The notes under the pieces are model-generated. The model made no database searches, had not been told where the DNA came from, and worked only from the letters and a program-made list of their open reading frames with translations. A stretch of DNA of 64,000 nucleotides from Pyrinomonadaceae bacterium (GTDB lineage: Bacteria; Acidobacteriota; Blastocatellia; Pyrinomonadales; Pyrinomonadaceae): NCBI GenBank assembly GCA_046313635.1, contig JBKBYA010000007.1:32001-96000 (forward strand), in the 5' to 3' direction. The translations under genes and the position numbers were made by a program. Positions 51,013 to 59,120 of the stretch are shown here, in pieces; within the stretch, counting starts at the first letter, position 1; every line of letters begins with the position of its first letter.

Positions 51013-53586
51013 TCAAGGTGCCTTGCATTTTGCGATGAAGGCTACGATGTTGTCGAGGGCTTTCTGGGCCTTGTCGGTGTCGGGCGGGACGCGGTTTTCG
51101 GCGGGCACGCCGTCGTGGACCCAGTTTGAGGCTTCCGTCATTCCGGCATCGATCTCGGCGATCAGTTCGTCGGTGATCTCGAGGTATTTAAGTTTCTTGG
51201 TCTGGATCTCCGGCGAATAACGTTCGATCACGCCCTTGAGCAGGCGTTCTTCCACTGCGCGTTCCCAAGTCTGTCGAAGCTTCATGAACCATCGTTCGAC
51301 GGCGTATTGATATTCGTTGGGGTCCCCCTCTTTTTCGATCTTCCGCAATCGGACCAGTTGATCCTTGAGTACACCGACGCGGGCGTTTACCGACTTCGCC
51401 GTCCAGGGAAGATCGGGCATTACCTTTCCGGTCGCCGAACTCGTTCGCCAGATGTAATTCTCAGAAACCTGAACCGATTCACGCTTGGTGATGTGCAGCA
51501 AATGCACCAGCATCGCGATGTCGTGTGTGAAGACGATCACCTGCTTCGACTTGGCAAGCTCTGCAAGTCGCTCGGCTATAAGCTCGCGTCGTTCGTGGTC
51601 CTGAGACGAGCACGGGTCGTCGAAGATGAGGCCGCGGCATTGGGGGTTGAGTTGGGCCTCGGTGATGAAGTCGGCGATGGAGATGGCCCGCTGTTCGCCC
51701 TCGCTGAGAACCTTGCCGGCGGTCTCGTTGGCGATCTTCAGTTTGCGAAGGGTGGCACCGCGCTGGTTGCGCTGCGCCAGTTTGATGAAATGCGGGGCGT
51801 CCAACCGCTTGCACTCCGAGGCGAACATGTCGACGTATTCCTGCGTGATGTGTTCGTCGTAAAGCTGCCCCTGGATCGTGGTGATCTTGGCAGTGCTCAG
51901 CTTGCCATGCAAACCCCGAGCCCTGGCCGTCCATTTCGCAGTCTCGACGAAGGCTTCCACTTTGTCGCGTATGTTGGCCAGGATCCTGCGATCGTTATGG
52001 AGATCGATCTCCGCTTCGAGCCTTGCGGTCTCTTCCGATGGGTTCGAGACGATCAGGGCCGCTTTTTCATCGTCGAGGTTCTTACCGCAATCGTCGAATT
52101 CCGCGACCTCGGCATCGAGCGATGCGGGAAGCTTCGCCGCAGCGATCCCGTCGATCGCCGCGAGGGCCACGGCGCGTGTTTCGGCGTACGTCTTTACAAG
52201 ACCCATCCAACGTTCCGTCAGTTCCGGATCGAATTTGTTGACCGTTTTGAATACGTCGTATTCAATGTCAAACGTTAGCGGGGGCAATTCATCGATCTTC
52301 TTGCGAATCTTCGCGAGTGCATCCTTCGCTTTGGCCAGCTCAGTTTCGGCTGTGCTCTTCAGCAGATTCCAGTAAGCATCGATCAGTATGGTCTCTTTGT
52401 CGCCGAGCGGCTGCAGACAGAAAAGGCAATTGTCCTGATCGATCGGGTATGTTTCACCGCGGCGGCCCGCAGCGATCGTCTTGGCATATACCCGGCCCGC
52501 CTTGATGAATGCCCGCCACGAATCGGAACCGACCTCGGCGATCTGGTACCGATCAAGGCTCTCGACCCCTTCCGCTTTCGCGATCTCCTCGAACGTACTC
52601 ACGGCCTCGATCGCCGCTCGCGCCTCTTCAAGCTTTTCCGCCCGCAGTGGTTCAAAGGCTGCCGTCACCGCATCGCAGAATTTGTCTAGTTGGTTGCGAG
52701 CCGCAATGATCGCTCTCACCTGCTCGGCCCTGTCTTTGGTTCTAAGTTCCGCAAGTCGCGTGGTCTTTTCAAGCAGTTCCGCCTCGTCCTTTTCGGTCAT
52801 CGTCGCGAGCTTTTCGACCTCTTTTAAGTCGGTCTCGGCGCCGAGAGTCTCGATAAGGGAGCGGACAGGATTATCATTCTGAAACAGGTCGAGAAAACCG
52901 TGCGGGGCCGACTTATTGTGAATCTCGGCTTCGAGCCGGGCTTTGACCGCGCCGTGCGCGGCCATCAGCTTTTCGAAAAAATCGAACCCGCTAGGCGTGA
53001 ACGAAAGGCTGTTCTCCTTCTCGAGGTGTGCCGAAACGCTTTTCGTATCGAAGACGCAGTACTGCGAAAACTCCGACCGGTCCTTATCCGTCGGGAAGAC
53101 GAGGTCGTACGGATCTTCGGTCCGCTGGTAAGTGATATGGCACTCGGGCGGGCCGCCGTTTCCGTTGGAGCCGAATACGTCAGGCAAGATCACTTTGTCG
53201 CCTCGCGAAGGAAACGCATTGTTGAGCAGCCGCACGTATCCCGACTTGCCCGAACCGTTTTTGCCGTAAACGACGGTCAGGTTCGGGCCGACCTTTATGG
53301 TCTGTTCGAGGGCGAGGGCGTTGACGTTCGCGATGTTCTTGATCGCTACAAGCTTCAGAGTAACGTCGGGGTCCTCTTCGGCCGCGGCCGCGCCGTTGAA
53401 CGCGATGGCGGGGCGGTCGGCGACGGGGGCGAGCCCCTCGTCTTGTTTGAAGTACTCGTACGCTTGGGCGACCAGGGCGTCGTCCACCGCGGCACCTTCA
53501 AGAATGCCGTCCCCAAGATACTGAAGCCAATACGGCTGGGCTTGCAACCATTCGATGATCTGATTTTTCAGTTTCTGGTTGGACAT
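51013..53586 (-). CDS. Rad50/RloC-like ABC-ATPase with zinc hook and C-terminal helical (possibly HEPN-like) domain
   Basis: Walker A YGKNGSGKS, coiled coils, CLFC hook, signature LSEGEQ, Walker B IFDDP, FTHD; tail LRQTWERAVEE...SNWVHD; start at ATG 53586. Confidence 0.8.
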   Translation of the reverse strand: MSNQKLKNQIIEWLQAQPYWLQYLGDGILEGAAVDDALVAQAYEYFKQDEGLAPVADRPAIAFNGAAAAEEDPDVTLKLVAIKNIANVNALALEQTIKVGPNLTVVYGKNGSGKSGYVRLLNNAFPSRGDKVILPDVFGSNGNGGPPECHITYQRTEDPYDLVFPTDKDRSEFSQYCVFDTKSVSAHLEKENSLSFTPSGFDFFEKLMAAHGAVKARLEAEIHNKSAPHGFLDLFQNDNPVRSLIETLGAETDLKEVEKLATMTEKDEAELLEKTTRLAELRTKDRAEQVRAIIAARNQLDKFCDAVTAAFEPLRAEKLEEARAAIEAVSTFEEIAKAEGVESLDRYQIAEVGSDSWRAFIKAGRVYAKTIAAGRRGETYPIDQDNCLFCLQPLGDKETILIDAYWNLLKSTAETELAKAKDALAKIRKKIDELPPLTFDIEYDVFKTVNKFDPELTERWMGLVKTYAETRAVALAAIDGIAAAKLPASLDAEVAEFDDCGKNLDDEKAALIVSNPSEETARLEAEIDLHNDRRILANIRDKVEAFVETAKWTARARGLHGKLSTAKITTIQGQLYDEHITQEYVDMFASECKRLDAPHFIKLAQRNQRGATLRKLKIANETAGKVLSEGEQRAISIADFITEAQLNPQCRGLIFDDPCSSQDHERRELIAERLAELAKSKQVIVFTHDIAMLVHLLHITKRESVQVSENYIWRTSSATGKVMPDLPWTAKSVNARVGVLKDQLVRLRKIEKEGDPNEYQYAVERWFMKLRQTWERAVEERLLKGVIERYSPEIQTKKLKYLEITDELIAEIDAGMTEASNWVHDGVPAENRVPPDTDKAQKALDNIVAFIAKCKAP

Positions 53587-54133
53587 ATTTCGACTCGCGA
53601 CCCAATTGCAAACGCACCGTGTGCCGGTGCAACACCTGTCACCTGCGAAACCCACATTCAATGGTCGGGGGTGATGACAAGCCGTCCGCGGGGGGGAGAC
53701 CGGGATTGAGGACTGGTGATTCGGGCACACGTATTATACACGAACCGGCGACTGTGGGTATACGTTTGCAGTGGACTTCTTCAGCCGGGGAACGAGGGAC
53801 TAGCTCGGCGTTGGCGTCTTTTTGGTTCTAGTTTTCGTTGGAATGATCAGCTACTAGTTATGAAATAGACGCCGTGGCCGTCGATCGCCAATTCAACTTC
53901 AACCTGCTGCGCGACGGGACGACACATTGTGCGTGGGCCTTAGCGGTCTCCCCAGGACGGCGCTCAGCGGATCGCGCGATAGAATCGCCGGGGGAAGGGT
54001 GAAGGGCGTGCGGTGGACATCATCACGGGTCTCTCCAGATCCGACAGCACATCGACTTCTTTCCCTCATCATCAAAGCGATCAACTACCGCTCCTTCGAT
54101 CGCAATTACTGGATGTAGAAACGTGCGAGCATC

Positions 54134-55726
54134 TCAACCGTTGGCGCGGATCGTGTCCCAATCAAGTCCGTAGCGTTTGAGGAAAAGGTTCAACAGTGAA
54201 TTGTAGTTCGTCGCCGAATTGTTCGACCGTGAGGCCCCGTAAAGCGTCCGCCCCGCCTCCGCCCTAGTGCGCGAATTCAAACATGTCTCGATCACCGTCT
54301 CAATCTGCACCAACGCGATCCGGTCCAGCTCCGCCATTCTTTCCGCTCCGAGCACCTTTCGCGTCAGCGGGAACCGTTCGCATTCCGCGGCGGAATCGCT
54401 CCACTTTTTCCTAAGGTGTTCGATCTCCCTGTCCACACACGCGATCGTTATCCTCCCTCCGTCCGCGTAAGCGGCCATCCGCACGACCGAGGCCTTCAGG
54501 TCGCGAAAGTTGTTGTTCCACGTCGCCGCGGGCGAGGTCGCGAACTCGAGGTACTTCCTTCGGGCCTCCTTGCTCATCGTCACGTTGATATTGTTTACAC
54601 CCTGGAAATCTTCAAGCTCGCGATCAAGATTCGGTTCGATGTCCTCCGGGCGATCCTTCAGGTCCAAAAGATGAAAGGGAAAGGAATCGATCCTCGCCAG
54701 CAGATCCTCACGAAACTCCCCCGCCGCCACCTTCCCCCTCAGGTCCGAATTGGTCCCCGCGATCAAGTAGAAATCCACCTTCTGCGATTTTGTGTCACCG
54801 AGCTTTCTAACCTCCTTGTCTTCCAGAACCGTAAGCAGCATCTTCTGCACCTCCGGGTCCAGTTCTCCGATCTCGTCAAGGAAAAGCGTCCCGCCGTCGG
54901 CCGATTCAATTAACCCAATGCGATCGACCTTAGCATCCGTGAACGATCCTTTCGCGTGCCCGAACAACTCGGACTTAACGATGTCGCCACGCAATGTCGC
55001 ACAGTTTACGTGTATGAATCGTCCCTTCGCCCGGTTCTTTTGCACCCGAAGTTCATGTATGCGCTTCGCTAAACTCGTCTTACCGACACCCGTGCTGCCG
55101 GTTAGCAGGATCGGATAATTGAAGTTTGACGAGACGTGCAGGATATCGTCGACCATCTTTTCCACTTTTGAATTAGCCGTCGAAATGTGACCTTTCAGCA
55201 GGGCGATGTCATCGTCCTTTTCTTTACGGAATCGCTGCGCCAGTCGGTTATAGCGTTCTAGCTCGAGATCGATCACGAAATAGCTCCCCTTGCCGTTCAC
55301 GAAGGACGACTGGATCAGCTTCGCCGGCGCATAACGGGCCTCCGCCAGCATGAACAGACAGATCTGCATAACGTGCGTACCCGTACTGATGTTCAGGAAG
55401 TACGACTCCCGTTCCGGATCGAATTCGTAAGACGTCATGAGGTCGAAGAAAGCCGCATAGACCGTTTCGAAATCCCAGGGCTTCTTCTGCAGATCGATCT
55501 CATGCAGCCGCACCTTCGTCTCCGATCGGGCCTCTATGTCCTCCGCCACCTGCACGGCTAGCGCCTTGTGAGTCTTCTGATAGATAAGCTCATACCGCGC
55601 GACCGGGAAACCCTCATGCATGCACAACCCCACCGTCGGCCGCCACTCCTCCCAACGATCCGCTTCAACCTCTGCCGCATCCTTATCCGGCCCCAGGCAC
55701 CCCAGCACTACGATCTCTTTTTCCAT
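54134..55726 (-). CDS. rtcR: RtcR-type sigma54 enhancer-binding protein (CARF-like sensor, AAA+, HTH)
   Basis: RWEEWRPTVGLC, PWDFETVY, STGTHVMQIC..LAEARY.PAKLIQ; GSTGVGKT, SELFGHAKGSFTDA, LFLDEIGEL, WNNNFRDL; AGRTLYGASR..RYGLDW. Confidence 0.88.
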   Translation of the reverse strand: MEKEIVVLGCLGPDKDAAEVEADRWEEWRPTVGLCMHEGFPVARYELIYQKTHKALAVQVAEDIEARSETKVRLHEIDLQKKPWDFETVYAAFFDLMTSYEFDPERESYFLNISTGTHVMQICLFMLAEARYAPAKLIQSSFVNGKGSYFVIDLELERYNRLAQRFRKEKDDDIALLKGHISTANSKVEKMVDDILHVSSNFNYPILLTGSTGVGKTSLAKRIHELRVQKNRAKGRFIHVNCATLRGDIVKSELFGHAKGSFTDAKVDRIGLIESADGGTLFLDEIGELDPEVQKMLLTVLEDKEVRKLGDTKSQKVDFYLIAGTNSDLRGKVAAGEFREDLLARIDSFPFHLLDLKDRPEDIEPNLDRELEDFQGVNNINVTMSKEARRKYLEFATSPAATWNNNFRDLKASVVRMAAYADGGRITIACVDREIEHLRKKWSDSAAECERFPLTRKVLGAERMAELDRIALVQIETVIETCLNSRTRAEAGRTLYGASRSNNSATNYNSLLNLFLKRYGLDWDTIRANG

Positions 55727-55844
55727 TGTGTGACTATCGAGAAATATAATTGTTATAGCATTAAATAGAAACCAAACCTTCGCCATTCGATGGACGATCC
55801 CAATAAATCCCGCAAATACAGTAGTTAACCTAACAAACGTCCTT

Positions 55845-55860
55845 TGGCACGTCCCTCGCA
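55845..55860 (+). promoter_or_regulatory. Sigma54 (-24/-12) promoter facing the ubiquitin-like operon
   Basis: TGGCAC-GTCCC-TCGCA: GG (55846-47)-N10-GC (55858-59), 86 nt upstream of ATG 55946, with an AT-rich tract between it and rtcR. Confidence 0.8.
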
Positions 55861-55945
55861 CTAACTAATGTTGACAGTCGGGACGAAGTTCCTTCAAACC
55901 GGCCGTCGGCGACAAATATTTGAACAAGGAGTAAGGAAAACCTTT

Positions 55946-56665
55946 ATGCATAAAGACGAAAATGGGGAACTCAATTCCGAAGAAGTGATCGACGTGGAGG
56001 CCTCGGCGAAGGCGGGGAAACCGGTCCCGCCGGGGAGCAAATATCGCATCCGCGTCGACAAGGACAATTTCACGGTGGACCGGTCGACGATGACCGGGGC
56101 GGAGATACTCGGGCTCGTCAAAAAGACCCCCGCGACGCACAACCTGTACCAGCACGTGCACGGCGGGCAGACGAAACTGATCGGGGCGGGGGAGTCGGTG
56201 GATTTCACGGAACCCGGCGTGGAGCGGTTCACGACGATGAAGATCGCGAACCAGGAAGGGGAGGAGCGCGCCGCACGGCGCTCCTTCGCGCTTCAGCCCG
56301 CTGACGTTGAGTTCCTCGACCGCACGTTCCGGTTGTGGGAAGCGGTCGTAGATGGAAAGAAGCAGTGGGTGATCGCTGAAGGGTTCAAATTGCCGGCCGG
56401 GTACAACGTGGCGGAGGCGAGCATCGCGTTGCGGATCGCCCCGACCTACCCGGACGTGCAGATCGACATGGCGTACTTTTCACCGGCCCTTACCCGGGCG
56501 GACGGGCGGCCGATGAACAATCTCACGCAATTGAAGATCGACGGGAAAGAGTGGCAGCAGTGGTCTCGGCACAGGGCGGCCGGCGACTGGCGCCCGGATG
56601 TCGACAACATCGAGACCCACCTGCTTTACGTGACCGCATTCCTCGAGGGGGAACTGAAAAAATGA
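55946..56665 (+). CDS. Ubiquitin-like (multiubiquitin-type beta-grasp) domain fused to prokaryotic E2 (family E-like)
   Basis: YRIRVDK..MTGAEILGL..VDFTEPGVERF..NQEG, then LPAGYN..IAPTYPDVQIDMAYF.P..WQQWSRH..W.P.VDNIETHL; AAGGAG RBS. Confidence 0.82.
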   Translation: MHKDENGELNSEEVIDVEASAKAGKPVPPGSKYRIRVDKDNFTVDRSTMTGAEILGLVKKTPATHNLYQHVHGGQTKLIGAGESVDFTEPGVERFTTMKIANQEGEERAARRSFALQPADVEFLDRTFRLWEAVVDGKKQWVIAEGFKLPAGYNVAEASIALRIAPTYPDVQIDMAYFSPALTRADGRPMNNLTQLKIDGKEWQQWSRHRAAGDWRPDVDNIETHLLYVTAFLEGELKK

Positions 56666-58056
56666 ACAAGTACTCTCTCAGGATCTCCGGCCGCCATCAC
56701 GATCAGCTCCGGCGGCATCTGTTCCCCGGCGACGGGCTGGAGGCGGTCGCGTTCGCTCTGTGCGGTCGGAACCGCACGGATGAAGAACACATCTTCACCG
56801 TTCACAAGGTCGTCCCCGTGGCGTATGCGGATTGCGATCGCACACCGATCTCCGTAACGTGGCCGACCGAGGCCCTCGCCGCCATCCTCGACGACGCCCG
56901 CCGACAAGGCCTCGCGGTGATGAAGTTCCACTCTCACCCCGAGTTCTTCGAGCGGTTCTCCAAGCTCGACGACGAGTCCGACGCGGAAACGTTCGCGTCG
57001 GTGTCCGCCTGGCTGGATGACGGTGAACCACACGGAAGTGCGGTCATGCTGCCGGACGGCCGGGTCTTCGGGCGGGCAATGACGGAGGGAGGCGAACAGG
57101 CTTTCTCGAGCGTGACGGTAGCGGGAGACAAGCTATCGTTTTGGTATCAGCCGGGTGACTGCGATCCAGATTTCGATGGAAAGCTGGCCGCACAGCTGCA
57201 GCTCTTCGGATCCGGCACGACGGCCCGGTTGCGGCGGCTTCGGATCGGCGTGGTCGGGTGCTCCGGCACGGGCAGCTTCGTGGTGGAGCTGCTCGGTCGG
57301 CTGGCGGTCGGCGAGCTGGTGCTGATCGACGACGATCGCGTCGAGGACCGCAACCTAAACCGCATCGTCAACGCGGGCGAAAGGCACGTTGGCGAATACA
57401 AAGTGGACGTGCTCAAGCGGGCCGTCGAGGCGATGGGGCTCGGAACTAAAGTGGACGCGATTCCTCGCAATCTATACGATCCGGTCTGCGTGAAAAAGAT
57501 AGCTCACTGCGATGTCGTGTTCGGCTGCATGGACACCGCCGAGGGCCGACACCTGTTGAACCGAATCGCGGCGTTTTACGTTCAGCCGTATTTCGACCTC
57601 GGCGTGCACCTGTTGGCGGACGGCGAGGGCGGGATCGACGAGGCGAGCGGGGTGGTGCACTACCTTCAGCCGGGCGGCTCGAGCCTGTTTGGGCGCCGTG
57701 CCTACACGCTGGAGGAGGTTCGGGCGGAGGGGCTCCGACGCACGGACCCGGAAGCATTCCAGGCGGAGCGGAAGGCCGGCTACATCGAGGGGGCGGACGA
57801 GAAATCGCCGCCGGTGGCGAGCCTGAACTGCACGATCGCCGGGATCGCGGTGAACGAGTTCCTCTCCCGCCTGCACCCATTCCGGTCGTGCGACCCGCGG
57901 GATTGCGACGTCGTCCGGTTCAACTTCATGGAGACGTTGACAACGAAGGAGAGTGCACCGGAGGAGTGTCCGCTGCTGGCGCCCCACGTGGGGCGCGGCG
58001 ACGTTGAGCCATTGCTCGGATGGTCGTCGCTGAGCATGCGGGAGGTGGAGCCGTGA
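56662..58056 (+). CDS. JAB/JAMM peptidase fused to ThiF/E1-like adenylyltransferase
   Basis: E(LEAVAF)...HSHPEFFERFSKLD = HxHx7SxxD; VVGCSGTGS, DDDRVEDRNLNR, YKV, GCMD; ATGA overlap with upstream gene. Confidence 0.88.
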   Translation: MNKYSLRISGRHHDQLRRHLFPGDGLEAVAFALCGRNRTDEEHIFTVHKVVPVAYADCDRTPISVTWPTEALAAILDDARRQGLAVMKFHSHPEFFERFSKLDDESDAETFASVSAWLDDGEPHGSAVMLPDGRVFGRAMTEGGEQAFSSVTVAGDKLSFWYQPGDCDPDFDGKLAAQLQLFGSGTTARLRRLRIGVVGCSGTGSFVVELLGRLAVGELVLIDDDRVEDRNLNRIVNAGERHVGEYKVDVLKRAVEAMGLGTKVDAIPRNLYDPVCVKKIAHCDVVFGCMDTAEGRHLLNRIAAFYVQPYFDLGVHLLADGEGGIDEASGVVHYLQPGGSSLFGRRAYTLEEVRAEGLRRTDPEAFQAERKAGYIEGADEKSPPVASLNCTIAGIAVNEFLSRLHPFRSCDPRDCDVVRFNFMETLTTKESAPEECPLLAPHVGRGDVEPLLGWSSLSMREVEP

Positions 58057-58406
58057 TGCTGCTGAATTTGATCCGGCGATTATTTGGCAGGTTGTGGACC
58101 CGCAAGCCCTACCCTCTGCGGACCGTGCTCGCTGACAAGATCCCTGACGACATCGATCCGGGATCGATCTATCTGCTCGGCACCACCGGCCGGCCATGGG
58201 CCGCCGCCTTCGCGTGCCCATGTGGGTGCCGCGAGCTTATCGAACTGAACCTGCTGCCGGAGGGGAACCCGAGCTGGCGGGCCGCGGTGCATAAAGACGG
58301 CACCGCCTCCCTGCACCCCTCCGTCTGGCGGACCATCGGCTGCCAGAGCCATTTCTGGATACTACGCGGCAGGATCGTTCGGGTCGGGGACTTGACTGAT
58401 GATTGA
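58056..58406 (+). CDS. DUF6527-like small Cys/His protein
   Basis: FACPCGC..IELNL..W...SLHPSVW..GCQSHFWI; start overlaps the upstream stop. Confidence 0.78.
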   Translation: MLLNLIRRLFGRLWTRKPYPLRTVLADKIPDDIDPGSIYLLGTTGRPWAAAFACPCGCRELIELNLLPEGNPSWRAAVHKDGTASLHPSVWRTIGCQSHFWILRGRIVRVGDLTDD

Positions 58407-59120
58407 TCGGCACCCTTGGGTACGCCGAGAAACGGGTTCTCCGCACGAGGGAACGGTTCACCGCAAAGTGAAACGGTTTCGCGGTCCGGTTCAACCACTC
58501 ACGGAACCGTGAAATGCTTGCGTGGATCGGCGAAACGGTTTTGCGGATCGAAGGCGGGTCATTTGTTTAGCAGCCGATCGTGATCGCGCGTTCGAGGTCT
58601 TTGACAAGGTCGTCCACACGTCGTCCTCGATGCCAACGGACCGGCGGAATAGACCGGGCGTGGGAGCGAGCCGGCCGCGAAGCTCTACGGGTAACAGGGA
58701 AGGATCGCGTTTTCGAAGAGCAAATTCAGTGCACCGCTGATGTCCGCGGAGTCCTCCACGATGAGAATCATCTTCGGCGTAGAGGGGCTAAATCGCCGGT
58801 CAATTGTTGCAGAATTCTTGAGCGATGTAATGTGGCCCAATTGGCCAGTAAAAGTTATCGGCATCGCGCCCCGTCAATGACATTGCTCCAACCTGCTAGT
58901 CAGGAATAATGTATTCCGATCAAACGATGCACTCCGCCCATAGGAGTTATTGCGAATCGTCAGTGTCGGACGCGGGTGCCGCGGAACAGGGGTTTAGCGT
59001 GGTAAAATCGGCGACTGAACCGCTGAATATATCCAAAAACAATAGCACAAACAGGCAAAAGTTACGAGGATAGGAATCTCGAGGGTCGGCAGATAGGAGC
59101 CCGAATTTGGCACCTACGGT

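Noticed and set aside
53587..54133. Small gene or ncRNA between the ATPase and rtcR
   Set aside because: Only short ORFs without recognisable features, and no convincing structured RNA by eye.
54134..55861. Canonical rtcR-rtcBA RNA repair locus, and the 575-aa ORF start
   Set aside because: No RtcB or RtcA motifs occur in the window. The extension upstream of ATG 55726 runs through the promoter region, so the shorter start was used.
56662..58056. ThiF/MoeB for thiamine or molybdopterin synthesis
   Set aside because: It is fused to JAB, coupled to an E2-bearing gene and located in an island; thiE lies 25 kb away in an unrelated operon.
55946..58406. Type II CBASS (Cap2/Cap3) assignment
   Set aside because: No CD-NTase or cyclic-nucleotide effector is adjacent, the fusions are Ubl-E2 and JAB-E1 rather than E2-E1, and a dedicated Ubl is encoded.
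58407..59120. Short ORFs 58522-58740 and 58580-58909
   Set aside because: No RBS, motif or coding-like composition that I can support.
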